DNA of 64,000 nt from an uncultured delta proteobacterium (GTDB lineage: Bacteria > Myxococcota > Myxococcia > Myxococcales > Anaeromyxobacteraceae), in contig CAVYBH010000012.1 of the NCBI GenBank assembly GCA_963766715.1, positions 576,001 through 640,000 of the forward strand, written 5' to 3'. The notes below the pieces were generated by a model that was given only the letters and a program-made list of their open reading frames with translations, was not told where the DNA came from and searched no databases. Position 1 is the stretch's first letter, and each line of letters opens with the position of its first letter. Of the stretch, positions 10,893 through 25,336 are shown piece by piece. The position numbers were made by a program, and so were the translations under genes.

Positions 10893-11788
10893 CCTCCCAG
10901 GGCCAGGACGCCCACCGCAGCGAGGCGCCACATCTCCGCCAAGGACGCCACGAGCGCGGCGATGACGGCGAGCGCCATCTCCGGGAAGAGGAGCATGGCG
11001 CGAGGGCCGCTCCGCACGCTGCCCGCGAGCGCCCCGAGGATTCCCTGGACCGATCCGGCGGCGAGTGCGGTGGCGAGCCAGACCGCCAGGACCGCGGTCA
11101 GGAGCGCCGCCGGCCGGGCCAGGAAGGAGCGCATGGCTCCGGACAGGGCGCCAGCCGGTCCCTCCCCCCGATCGACGCCCGGGCCACGGCCACGTCGCCG
11201 AGGACGGAAAGGGAGGTCGCGAGCAGGGCGGACGCGGCAAGCGCCCCCGCGGCGACGAAGGCCAGGATGCCGGCCGACCCCGAGGCCTGCGCCTGGGCCC
11301 CGACCCGCACGGCGCCCAGGCCGACGAGCAGGAGCATCGCCTGCCCGCAGCCCGGAGAGGACGATCGCGACGAGGGCGGCCGGCAGCACCCGGTGGAACC
11401 GCCAGGCCACCCCCGAGGCGAACGCCGGTTGCTCTCCACGCCCGCCCGAGAGGCGCCAGGCGACGAGCGGCATCGCCCCCGCGATCCAGGCGACCCGCAG
11501 AGCGCCCCACAGGAGCAGGCCGGCGAGCCAGACGCCGAGGAGGATCGAGCGGGCCCGGGTCGACCCCCAGGTGTGGGCGAGGGAGAGCACCACCTCCCCG
11601 GTGCCCCCGCCGCGCCGGACCGCGCCCACCACGGTGAGCCAGGAGACGGCGGTGAAGAAGGCCATCGCGGGAGCCACCAGGAGCCCCCTCGAGAGGGTGA
11701 CGCCCATGCCCACCCCGGCCATCCACGCCTCGGCCGCGGCGGCGCGAAATCCCGCGCCGAGAGCCTGCCCTACCGTCGGATTCCGCAC
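10820..11788 (-). CDS. Hypothetical polytopic membrane protein (apparent frameshifts near 11350 and 11155)
   Basis: Hydrophobic helices across ORF 10820..11788 and ORF 11098..11439. Confidence 0.6.
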   Translation of the reverse strand: MRNPTVGQALGAGFRAAAAEAWMAGVGMGVTLSRGLLVAPAMAFFTAVSWLTVVGAVRRGGGTGEVVLSLAHTWGSTRARSILLGVWLAGLLLWGALRVAWIAGAMPLVAWRLSGGRGEQPAFASGVAWRFHRVLPAALVAIVLSGLRAGDAPARRPGRRAGRGPGAGLGVGRHPGLRRRGGACRVRPARDLPFRPRRRGRGPGVDRGEGPAGALSGAMRSFLARPAALLTAVLAVWLATALAAGSVQGILGALAGSVRSGPRAMLLFPEMALAVIAALVASLAEMWRLAAVGVLALGGQEEREPRPSSLRSENFGILPPSQ

Positions 11789-11829
11789 GACCGGACCGTA
11801 CCGCCCCCCTCCCGGAGCGGCAAGGCGGA

Positions 11830-11877
11830 TGAACGGAAGTTGCGCATGAACGTCCGGACGGTATACTGGCGTTCAGG
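11830..11877 (+). promoter_or_regulatory. lexA promoter with candidate LexA (SOS) operators
   Basis: TGAAC-GGAA-GTTGC (11830), TGAAC (11847) and TATAC-TGGC-GTTCAGG (11862-11877). The last resembles the Myxococcus box CTRHAMRYBYGTTCAGS and overlaps a -10 TATACT. Confidence 0.6.
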
Positions 11878-11885
11878 AGGTCGAC

Positions 11886-12575
11886 ATGGAAGCCTTGACC
11901 GATCGGCAACTCGAGGTCCTTCGCTACATCGCGCGGCAGATCGAGGATCAGGGCTACCCGCCCACGATCCGGGAGATCGGCGAGGCGCTCGACATCCGCT
12001 CCACCAACGGCGTGAACGACCATCTCAAGGCGCTCGAGCGCAAGGGGTACCTCACCCGCGACCCCGTGAAGTCCCGCGCCCTCATCCCCACGCAGCGAGC
12101 CCGCGAGGCCCTCACCGGCGGGGGCGGCGGCGCCAAGGTCATCTCGCTCGCCTCCCGCTCGATCTCTCGCACGCCCTCCCGCCTGGTCGAGGTCCCCATC
12201 GTCGGGCGGGTCGCGGCCGGCCAGCCCATCCTCGCCGAGGAGCGGATCGAGGACACCGTCCAGGTCGACTCCTTCTTCCTCGGCGCCGGCCGCAAGGTCT
12301 ACGGCCTGCGAGTCCAGGGCGACTCGATGATCGGCGACGGCATCCTGCCTGGCGACTACATCTTCGTCCGCAAGCAGCTGAACGCCGACGACGGGGACAT
12401 CGTGGTCGCGATGATCGACGACGAGGCCACCGTGAAGCGGGTGTACTTCGAGGGCGACCGGATCCGCTTCCAGCCCTCCAATCCGCGCATGGCTCCCATC
12501 TACGTCCGCGAGGAGGACTTCCGCAGCACCATGATCCTCGGGGTGGTGGTGGGCATCTACCGCCGGCTGCAGTAG
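11886..12575 (+). CDS. lexA: SOS repressor LexA
   Basis: LTDRQ...GYPPTIREIG wHTH, VGRVAAGQP Ala-Gly cleavage site, GDSM catalytic Ser, EATVKR catalytic Lys. Confidence 0.97.
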   Translation: MEALTDRQLEVLRYIARQIEDQGYPPTIREIGEALDIRSTNGVNDHLKALERKGYLTRDPVKSRALIPTQRAREALTGGGGGAKVISLASRSISRTPSRLVEVPIVGRVAAGQPILAEERIEDTVQVDSFFLGAGRKVYGLRVQGDSMIGDGILPGDYIFVRKQLNADDGDIVVAMIDDEATVKRVYFEGDRIRFQPSNPRMAPIYVREEDFRSTMILGVVVGIYRRLQ

Positions 12576-12577
12576 CC

Positions 12578-13886
12578 CTACCCGCGCGTCTTCGCCTGGC
12601 GGATGTAGCGGTCGAGGTCCTCGCGGTCGATCAGCGAGAGGATCTCCACCACGTTCTGCCGCTCCGGGCGCCGGTAGATGAGCCGGACGTCGGTGGCGAC
12701 GCGGACCCGGTAGTAGCCCGGAAGACCTTCGAGCGGCAGGGCCCGCAGGCTCGGGTGCCGGTGGTCGAGCGCGAGCAGGTGCGCCTGCTTGAACGCGGCT
12801 CGCTGGATGCGCCGATCCCACCCGTCGAGCGAGTCGTAGAACTCCCGCGTGTACACGGGGAAGAGCCAGGTCTCGACCTCTCCCGCCTCCGCTTCCTCGG
12901 ACGCCTGCGGGGCGCGCTCCGCTCTTCCCTCGGCCGGCGCCCCCGCGCGCTCGCTGCGTGCGCGGTCGAGCTCCGTTTCCAGCTCCCGCTCCCGCTCGCG
13001 GAGGCGTTCCACCCGGGACTCGAGCGCCCCGACCTTGCCGGCCAGGTCCTTCGCCTCGCCGCGCGCCCGCTGCGCCTCGAGTGCGGCGTCGGCGGAGCGG
13101 AGCAGGTCCATCTCCGCACGGATCCGGGCGTGCTCGCGCCGTGCCTCGGCGGCTTCCTCCCGCGCCCGGGCGGACTCCTCGAGCGCCTGCGATTCCCGCG
13201 CCCGGGCCTCCTTGAGCGAGCCCTGCAGCTTCTCCCGCTGCTCCTCGCCTCGCTTCCGGGCTTCCTCGGCGCGCGCCTCGCCCTTCTCCTCCGCCTCCTG
13301 GAGCCGGCGCTGCGCCTGGGCGAGGCTGGCCTCCAGGCGCCCGAGGCGGACCGAAGGCTCCTCGTCGGAAGGTCTCTCGGCTGCCTCGCCCTTGCCACCC
13401 TCCGGCGGGCCGAAGTAGTGGGCCGCGAGCTCGTCGAGGAGCGGGCGGGCCCGCGCGCGGACCTCCTGGCTCCGGTCGGAGAGCACGCGCCAGACGCAGA
13501 GCGCCAGCGCGGCGTCCCCGCTCCCCACCGAGAGCAGGTCGGCGGCCTCCTCGACCCCGAGGCCGAGCCGGGCGAGCGGCGGGGTCTCGAAGGCCTTCGC
13601 CAGGGCCGCGAGCACCGGCGCCGAGGACGGCGGATGCGCCCGGATCTCGTCGGCGATCACGTCGCAGCGCTCGACGTCCCCGAGGGCCTCGGTCCGGAAG
13701 CCCGGGCACGCCGAGCCCGAGCTCCTTCACGATGGCGCGGGTCTCCTCGGGAAGGAGGGCCACGTAGAGGAAGACGGAGAGCTGGTCGCGGCTGAGCTCG
13801 TCGAGGGGGGCGTCGCGGGTCTGGATCGCGGGCACCCCACGCCCTGCGCCCTTGACCTTCCCCTTCGCCTTCGCCGGGTTCGCCAT
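12578..13886 (-). CDS. Coiled-coil protein with C-terminal RelE/ParE-like domain; apparent frameshift near 13710
   Basis: N-terminus MANPAKAKG...DELSRDQLSVFLYVAL (start 13886). E/R/A-rich coiled coil, then VYTREFYDSLDGWDRRIQRAAFKQAHLLALDHRHPSLRALPLEGLPGYYRVRVATDVRLIYRR...VEILSL, a RelE-type pattern. Confidence 0.75.
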
Positions 13887-13905
13887 CCTCGGGACCCCGA
13901 CCGGC

Positions 13906-14742
13906 TCAGCCTGCGCTCGCGAGGACGACCTGCGTCGAGCGGATGCCGCTCCGGTCGACCTCGTACACGTAGCCGCGGGCGCGCCGGACGGGCTCCTCGG
14001 CGACGCGGCTCGCGGACCCCGCGCAGAGAACGGGGGTCGTGCCCGCCGCGCCGGGGATGTCGATCCGGAAGGCGCAGTGCCGGTGGCCGTGGAGCACGCC
14101 GGCGATGCGGACGTCGGAGACCAGCCGGATCAACTTGTCCGCGTCCGCGAGCGGCGTCCGGGCCACGGCGAGGTCGCTGGGAATCCGCTCCCTCGGCAGC
14201 ATGAGGTGGTGATGGAGGGCGAGGAGGACCGCCCGCCCCTCCTTGGCGTGCTCGCGGACCAGTTCCCGGCAGGCCTGGAGCTGCGCCGAGCCGATCCGTC
14301 CCGGCGTCTCGAACGGCTCGTCGCCGAAGCGGGAGCTGTCGAGCGCCACGATGGCCACCTCCGGAGACGGCAGCGCCGCGAACGGATAGCTGGGCGCCGG
14401 CTTGCGCATCCCGCGCCCGTCCGGTCCGACCATCCGGAGGAACCGCGAGGTCTTCACCGCCTCGGCCGTCCAGACGTCGTGGTTGCCGGGGACGACCGTC
14501 AGCTTGCCGGCATCCGCGAATCGCCGCAGCAGCTTCGCCGCGCGCTCGAACTCGGCGGCCTCGGAGGAGAGCGTCAGGTCGCCGGTGACGACGAGGTGAT
14601 CGACCCCGGCCTTCTCCACCTCCTCGACCACGCGCTGGGCGAGCCGGTTCGAGTGGCGGTCGCAGTCGCGCGGGGCGTACCCGTTACGGGGGTAACGCCC
14701 GCGGTCCGACAGGTGGAGGTCGCTGATGTGGCCGAGGCGCAA
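13906..14742 (-). CDS. Calcineurin-like metallophosphoesterase (CpdA/Icc-like)
   Basis: HISDLH, VVTGDLT, VPGNHD, LHHH and LHGHRH metal-binding motifs. Confidence 0.9.
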   Translation of the reverse strand: MRLGHISDLHLSDRGRYPRNGYAPRDCDRHSNRLAQRVVEEVEKAGVDHLVVTGDLTLSSEAAEFERAAKLLRRFADAGKLTVVPGNHDVWTAEAVKTSRFLRMVGPDGRGMRKPAPSYPFAALPSPEVAIVALDSSRFGDEPFETPGRIGSAQLQACRELVREHAKEGRAVLLALHHHLMLPRERIPSDLAVARTPLADADKLIRLVSDVRIAGVLHGHRHCAFRIDIPGAAGTTPVLCAGSASRVAEEPVRRARGYVYEVDRSGIRSTQVVLASAG

Positions 14743-14750
14743 GTGCCCGG

Positions 14751-14824
14751 ATGCTATCGACCGCGGGGAGACGGTGTCAAACCGTGACCGCGCCGCTTGA
14801 CCGCCCCCTTTCCAGCCTTAGATC
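14751..14824. promoter_or_regulatory. Divergent sigma70-type promoters for the metallophosphoesterase operon (-) and lon (+)
   Basis: Minus strand: TTGACA (14775-80), 18 nt, TAGCAT (14751-56). Plus strand: TTGACC (14797-802), 16 nt, TAGATC. Confidence 0.5.
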
Positions 14825-14927
14825 TTTGGACATGGTCCAGAAGTCTGGTCAGGGCGCCGGTTTTCCATCTGGTAAGCTCGATGCGCCGGAGCCGCCTGTC
14901 TCCGAGGAACTCGAGAAGGAGCACGCC

Positions 14928-17395
<2,468 letters not shown>

Positions 17396-17402
17396 CGAGC
17401 CA

Positions 17403-17434
17403 CGGGTAGGGCCGCCCCACGGTGGCCCTACCCG
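17403..17434 (+). repeat. 14-bp inverted repeat after lon (terminator-like or REP-like)
   Basis: CGGGTAGGGCCGCC-CCAC-GGTGGCCCTACCCG with one G:U pair and no U-tract. Confidence 0.6.
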
Positions 17435-17498
17435 GACACCCGTGTCATAGTGCTCCGGGCGACATCGGATCGAGGTGTCGCATCTCCAGGGGAGTGCC

Positions 17499-19344
17499 TT
17501 GATTCGCCGGATCGACCGCTACGAGCTCCTCGAGCAGGTAGGAACCGGTGGAATGTCGGTCGTCTATCGTGGTCGCGACACCGCGCTCGATCGCGAGGTC
17601 GCGGTCAAGATCCTGCACCCCCACCTCGCGACCAAGGCCGAGTCCCGGGCTCGCTTCTCCCGGGAGGCACGCGCGGTGGCCCGGCTCTCCCATCCGGGGA
17701 TCGTGGAGATCTTCGACTACTCCGGCGACGCCACCGACGAGAGCTGGCTCGTCACCGAGTTCGTGCGGGGCCGGACCCTTCGCGCCTTCGCCGACGAGAT
17801 GGGCATCCCGCTGCCGGAGTGCGGCGCGCTCGTGGGCGTGGCGCTGGCCGACGCGCTCGTCCACGCCCACGCGGCCGGCGTCATCCACCGGGACCTGAAG
17901 CCCGAGAACGTCATGATCGACGAGATCGGGGAGCGCCCCTCGGTGAAGCTGGCCGACTTCGGGATCGCCCGGATCCTGTCCCAGGACGACCGGATGACGA
18001 TGACGGGAGCGCTGGTCGGCTCGCCCAACCACATGGCGCCCGAGATCGTCGAGGGACGCGAGGCGGACGAGCGGTCCGACGTCTTCTCCCTGGGGACCAT
18101 CCTCTACTGGCTCTGCACCGGACGGTTTCCCTTCGACGCCCCGAACCCCACCGCCACCCTCCGGCGACTGGTGACCGGCGACTTCCAGGATCCCCGCAGC
18201 GCGAGCCCTGCGCTGAGCGAGCCCTTCGCCCGGATCATCCGCTCCACCCTCGCCCACGACCCGGAAGCGCGCCCCAGGAGCGCGGCGGACGTTCGCGATC
18301 AGCTCCTCGCGGCGTTGCGGCAGGACGGCATCGATCGCCCGGAGGAGAGCCTGGTCGAGTTCCTGACCGATCCCCAGGGCATGGCCGCGGCGCTCCGCCC
18401 CCGGCTCGTCGCGATACGCCTTCGACGCGGGGAGGAGCACCTCGCGCGCGGGGAGACCGCGCATGGCGCTCGACGCCTTCGACGGGGTACTCGCCCTCGA
18501 GCCCGGCCAGCCGGACGTCCTGCGTCACCTGGAGGCGATTGGCCGGCGGGACAGGAATCGCCGCTGGATCCGTCGCGGGGCTGCTGGCCGCAGGCGGCGC
18601 CGTGGTTCTCGGCCTCTCCGCCTTCGCGCTGGCTCGCTTCCCGGGTCGTTCGGCCCGCACGGCCGAGCCCGCTGGCGCGGCCGGTCACCTGCCGCGATGC
18701 CGGCCCGAAGCCCGCGACCGAAACCGCACCGGCAGGGGCTCCTGCTGCCGGGACCCCCGCGGTCGCCCCGGCAAAGCCAGGCCCGGTGAGCCGGCACTCC
18801 GCCTCCCCCGGCGGCTGCCTCCCCGGCGCCCTCGGCCTCGCCGGCGAAGGGCGGGGCCCGACTGGCGGCTGCCTCCGTTCCCCTCACCGTCCACGTCCGT
18901 CCCTACGCCCAGCGCGCCCTTCTCGACGGCGTCGAGGTGGCCTCCGGGCAGCAACGGGTGGTGTTCCAGCTCACCCCGGGCACCCATCGCCTCCGCATCG
19001 AGCACCCGTGCTGCGAGCCCTTCGAGCGGGACCTGGACACGGCCACGGCCGTTCCGGGCGGCGAGCTCAAGATTCCGCTCACGCCACGGCCGGGCAGCCT
19101 CCGGGTGACCGGCGAGCCGGCCACGCGCGTCTTCCTGGACGGCAAGCTCCTGGGAACGGCCGGCGACTCCCAGCGCGAGCCCTTCCGGGTCCCGGTCCCG
19201 CAGGACGGCCAGAGCCCGTACGAAGGCGAGGGCGAGCTCCGCCTCGAGCCGCCCGGCCGCCCAACCGCCACCGCTCCCGTCCGCATCCGGGCCGGCCAGG
19301 AGATCACCGTCCCGGTCGTGCAGCCGGAGGACCCCAGCCGATGA
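17499..19344 (+). CDS. Membrane Ser/Thr protein kinase with TM helix and extracellular PEGA-like domains; several apparent frameshifts 18460-18850
   Basis: VGTGGMSVVY, VAVK, IHRDLKPEN, DFG, GSPNHMAPE, SDVFSLG; a TM segment; C-terminal ORF 18937..19344 of PEGA type (GSLRVTGEPATRVFLDGK). TTG start with GGAG RBS. Confidence 0.85.
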
Positions 19345-20185
19345 TCGCGCTCCTGCTCGCGCTGGCCCTCGCCACCCCCGACGCCGACGTGAAGCGCGCC
19401 AGGGACCGCTACGAGTTCGGGGCCTACGCCGACGCCGCCGGTGCGGTTCGCGAGATGCTTTCCCATACGCCCGGAGCTCCCGGAGCCGCTGGCCGTGGAG
19501 GCCTACCGGATCCTCGGCCTCTCCGAGTACCAGCTCGGGGACAAGGCGGCCGCCCGGACGGCCTTCGTCCACCTGCTCTCCATCGACCCCGATCAGACGC
19601 TCGACCCGTTCCTCGTGCCCCCGCCCATCGTGGAGTTCTTCGACAAGGTGCGCCTCGAGGCCGAGCCCGAGCTGGCGCCGCTGCGCGAGCGGAAGAAGCA
19701 GCTGAAGGAGCAGGAGCGGCTCGCCGAGGAGGCCCGCCGCCGCCTCCTGGCGGAGGAGCAGAATCCGCAGCGGCCCACCCTCCAAGATCGTGGTGGTGCA
19801 GGAGCACATCTACCTGCTCAACTTCCTGCCCTTCGGCGTCGGCCAGTTCCAGAACGGCGACAACACGAAGGGGATCATCATCGCCGTCTCGCAGGTGGTC
19901 CTGGGCGCGGTCAACATCGGCGCCATCTTCGCGCACAACGCCATCGCCGACAATCCGTCCCGGCGATGCTCGGTCTCCACGCCGAACAACTGCAGCAACC
20001 CGCCCATCCCCGACTCGGATCGCGCGCTCCTGCAGAGCATCGACATCGTGAAGTACGTCTCCGCCGGCCTGTTCTGGGGCGTCTACGTCTACGGCGTGGC
20101 CGACTCCCTGGTCCACTACGTCCCGCGCATCGAGACCGAGATCGGGCCCGGCAAGACCGCCGTGAAGCTCTCGTGGGCGTTCTAG
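19341..20185 (+). CDS. Exported TPR-like protein with hydrophobic C-terminus; apparent frameshifts near 19470 and 19780
   Basis: Signal peptide MIALLLALALA; AYRILGLSEYQLGDKAAARTAFVHLLSIDPDQTLDPFLVPPP; C-terminal LPFGVGQFQNG...YGVADSL. ATGA overlap with the kinase stop. Confidence 0.7.
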
Positions 20186-20193
20186 GAGACCAC

Positions 20194-22005
<1,812 letters not shown>

Positions 22006-22009
<4 letters not shown>

Positions 22010-22594
22010 GGACCAGCGGGACCATGCGGCTCGGCGCCGTCCTCGCCGCGGCCTTCGCCGGCGCGGCGATCCTGGGAGGTTGCCCGATCCCGCAGCCCCT
22101 GCCGGGCGTCGGCTCCATCGACGGAGGCCGACCCATCACGCCGCCCCGCGTGCTCACCAGCAGCGCCGTGCCCGGGCTGGCCATGACGGACTACGGTCCG
22201 CTGGCGAGCTGCCCGCCCGGCTCCGACTTCGACGTCTCGGCCACGGTGGTCGACGAGAACACCGAGGAGCCGGTCGAGGTTCGATGGTTCGTGGACTACG
22301 ACCCGGACAACCAGCTGCTTGCGGACGCCGCTCTTCGTCGAGACGCTCCCGCCGCCCACCGATGCGACGCAGTACCTCCGCTACCCCAAGATCTTCACGT
22401 TCGTGCCCTGGGACTTCGATCGGCCGACCGAGCGCGTGCACGTGGTGGAGATGACCATCTCGAACGGCTTCCTGCCCGTGGGCGATCCCGTTCCTCCGGG
22501 ATCCCTGCCCAACCGCACCGCGGCGACGGGGTACGAGGTCCAGGTCTTCCGGTGGACGTTCCGGCCCACCCCGACGGGCGGCTGCGGCCCCTGA
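22006..22594 (+). CDS. Putative lipoprotein; apparent frameshift near 22320
   Basis: Lipobox-like ILGGC followed by PIPQPLP; VRWFVDY; ends FRWTFRPTPTGGCGP. ATGA overlap with the EBP stop. Confidence 0.65.
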
Positions 22595-22601
22595 GCCGGC
22601 C

Positions 22602-23129
22602 TCAGCGCGTCGGGCGGGTGGCCTCGCGCGCGTGGCCGAGGGCCTCGGCGGCCGCACGGGCCAGCTCGCCCTGCTCCTCCGCGAAGCGATTCACCTGGGT
22701 GGTGTAGGCCCGGTGCAGCGCCAGCATGGCGTCCCGGGCGGCCGCCATCTCCGCGCGCTGCTCGGACCATTCACCCTTGGTGACATCGAGGCGGCAGCGG
22801 TCGGAGAGGTCCCCCACCCGCTCCTCCCAGCGCGGCGCCCAGTCACGCCAGGCGGCGAGCGGCGTCGAGCCCTCGAAGTGCGAGCCCATGGCCCAGGCGC
22901 GCTGGTTCTGCTCCTGGTAGAGCGCGTCCAGGTCGTCCATGCAGACCCGGAGCGTGGCGCGGGTCGGCAGGGCGCTCGTGGCCACCGGAGGCGCCCGGCG
23001 ACCCCGGCCGCGCAGGGTCTTCACGACGCTCGTGACGAGGAAGCCGACGGCCACCGCGATGGCGACGAAATAGAAGATCCATGCGGCCGTCCGGTACGGG
23101 CGGAGCCTGGGGTCGCGCGGAGGGGCCAC
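22602..23129 (-). CDS. Hypothetical single-TM protein with helical soluble domain
   Basis: ORF 22602..23138 with an N-terminal TM helix (WIFYFVAIAVAVGFLVTSVV) and protein-like composition. Confidence 0.7.
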   Translation of the reverse strand: MAPPRDPRLRPYRTAAWIFYFVAIAVAVGFLVTSVVKTLRGRGRRAPPVATSALPTRATLRVCMDDLDALYQEQNQRAWAMGSHFEGSTPLAAWRDWAPRWEERVGDLSDRCRLDVTKGEWSEQRAEMAAARDAMLALHRAYTTQVNRFAEEQGELARAAAEALGHAREATRPTR

Positions 23130-23165
23130 GGCGCGCAATCTGCCACTTGCTCCCCGGAGCCGTCC

Positions 23166-23213
23166 AGCATTTCAATTGTGAAATGCTCGGGATTCACTTA
23201 TGAAACATTGACT
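23166..23213. promoter_or_regulatory. Tandem palindromic operator pair abutting a -35 TTGACT
   Basis: AGCATTTCA-ATTG-TGAAATGCT (23166-87). A second copy TTCACTTATGAAA (23193-205) lies 22 bp from TTCAATTGTGAAA (11/13 identical). TTGACT at 23208-13. Confidence 0.6.
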
Positions 23214-23242
23214 TGCCCCCCTACCGGGTACTCCACCTGGAC

Positions 23243-23442
23243 AAGGCCCTGATCCCGGCGGGTTGCCCGCCCGATATCCCTGGCCCCAGCCTTGCTAATG
23301 AGAAGGCCGAGGAGCGTCACGGGTCGTCGAGGGAATCTCCCCCCCCGCAACCCCTATGGCGGCCTGGCGGCGCTTCGTCACACGGGAGGGGGCTTCCGGT
23401 CGGTCAACTCGTCCGACACCAGGCATCCGGCCGGGAGCCCGC
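23243..23442 (+). ncRNA. Candidate structured small RNA (4 stem-loops)
   Basis: Non-coding gap with hairpins whose many G:U pairs work only on the + strand, a C-rich loop and a final 14-bp stem (23389-23440). Confidence 0.5.
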
Positions 23443-23454
23443 CCACTCCACCCC

Positions 23455-25272
23455 TCAGCGACGGCCCACCCGCTTCTCCAGCTCGGAGAGCGGCAGTTCC
23501 ACGACCACCGGGCGCCCGTGCGGGCATCGGGCCTTGAAGTCGATGGCGTCCAGCCCGTCGAGGAGCGCCCTGACCTCCTCGCGCCCCAGGTCCTGGTTGG
23601 CTCGAACCGCCGCGTGACAGGCCATGGTGGCGAGCAGGTGGTCGAGCGCCTCGTCGAGCGCGCTGCCCCGCTCGGCTTCCTCGATCTGCTGGGCCAGGTC
23701 GGTGAGCAGCGGGCCCATGCTCGCGCCGCCCAGGAGTGCGGGCGCGCTCTTCACCGCGAAGGCGTCACCGCCGAAGGGCTCCACCTCGAGCCCCACCCGC
23801 CCGAGCTCCTCGACCGCGCCCTCGATGGCCCGCGCCGCCGGCCGGCGGCAGGGTCACCACAGGGGGGACGAGGAAGGGCTGCAGGTCGAGCCCTCGCGTC
23901 CGCATCGCCTCCCGAAGGCGGTGGAACAGGAGCCGCTCGTGGCTCGCGTGCTGGTCGATCACGACCAAGGCGCCCGCCGGAGACGCGCAGAGCAGGTAGG
24001 TGCGCTCGTGCTGTCCGATGTAGCGAAGGGAGCCGAAGTAGCCGTGCGCCGCCGCCGGTTCCGGCCGGGGCGACAGGGCGACGGGACCGGACGGAGCCGA
24101 ACCCGGAGCCGGCCCGAACGGGAGAGAGCCCGGCAGCTCCCGCCCAGGAAGGCGAGCGGCGTCGAGCACGGCGGCCACCTCCTCTGCCGTGGCCTCGGCC
24201 GCGATCGACGCCGGAGGGGCGACCTGGCTGGACGCGTGGCGGGCGGGGAAGGATGCTGGCCGTGCCGGAGCCAGGGCGACGGCCGCAGCGCCTCGGAGAC
24301 GGCGTGGTGCACGGCATCGGTGGCCGCGCGCGCGTCCTGGAATCGCACCTCCAGCTTCTGCGGATGGACGTTCACGTCGACCCGCTCGAGCGGCGTCTCG
24401 AGGAAGAGCACGCCTGCCGGGTGGCGACCGGCGGGCAAGGAACCCGCGTAGGCGCGCAGGACCGAGTAGGCGAGCGCGCGATCCCGGATGAACCGGCCGT
24501 TCACGAAGAGGTAGAGCCCCCGCGACGTCGCGCCGGAGTGGTCCGGGGAGGTGACCACCCCGTGCACCCGGAACTCTCCCCGGCTCGCGTCGATGGCGAT
24601 CAGGTGGCGGGCAGCCTCCCGGCCCAGCGCCACCGCGGCCCGCTCCTCCACCGTCGCCCCCGCGGCCGTGGCCATGGTCGAGCGCCCTCCGGATCGGAGC
24701 GTGAACCCGACGTCCCGCCGGGCGAGGGCGAGGCGCACCACCGCCTCCGACGCATGGCCGGACTCGGCGGGAGGGGATCGCATGAACTTGCGACGGGCCG
24801 GCGTGTTGTAGAAGAGGTCCCGGACCTCGATGGTGGTCCCCCGCGCTCGCGCCACCTCCTCCACCGCGACGAGCCGCCCGCCCTCGACGGCGATCCGGGT
24901 TCCCACCACGACGCCGGCCTCTCCTTCCGGGCAGGTGTCGATCCGGAGGCGGGAGACCGAGGCGATGGCCGGGATCGCCTCGCCCCGGAACCCCATGGTG
25001 GCGATGGCCGAGAGGCCGTGAACGTCCCGGAGCTTGGAGGTGGCGTGCCGCTCGAGGGAGAGGACGGCGTCGTCGCGGCCCATGCCGGAGCCGTCGTCGG
25101 AGACCCGGACGAGGGACAGGCCGCCGTCGTCGATGTCGACCTGGATGGATCGAGCCCCCGCGTCGAGGGAGTTCTCGACCAGCTCCTTGACGATGGAGGC
25201 TGGCCGCTCGACCACCTCTCCGGCGGCGATCTGGTTCACGAGCCCCGGAGGGAGCACCTGGATGCGCGTCAC
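23455..25272 (-). CDS. mutL: DNA mismatch repair protein MutL; apparent frameshifts near 24240 and 23820
   Basis: [62 protein letters not shown] and CPHGRP endonuclease motifs. Confidence 0.96.
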
Positions 25273-25336
25273 GGTACCTCCTACCACGCCGATCCGACCG
25301 TTTGACGGGGGCGCCCTTCCCCTGTACGAAACCGGC

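Noticed and set aside
23292..23537. 81-aa ORF in the gap next to mutL
   Set aside because: No RBS, low-complexity composition, overlaps the mutL 3' end. RNA structure explains the region better.
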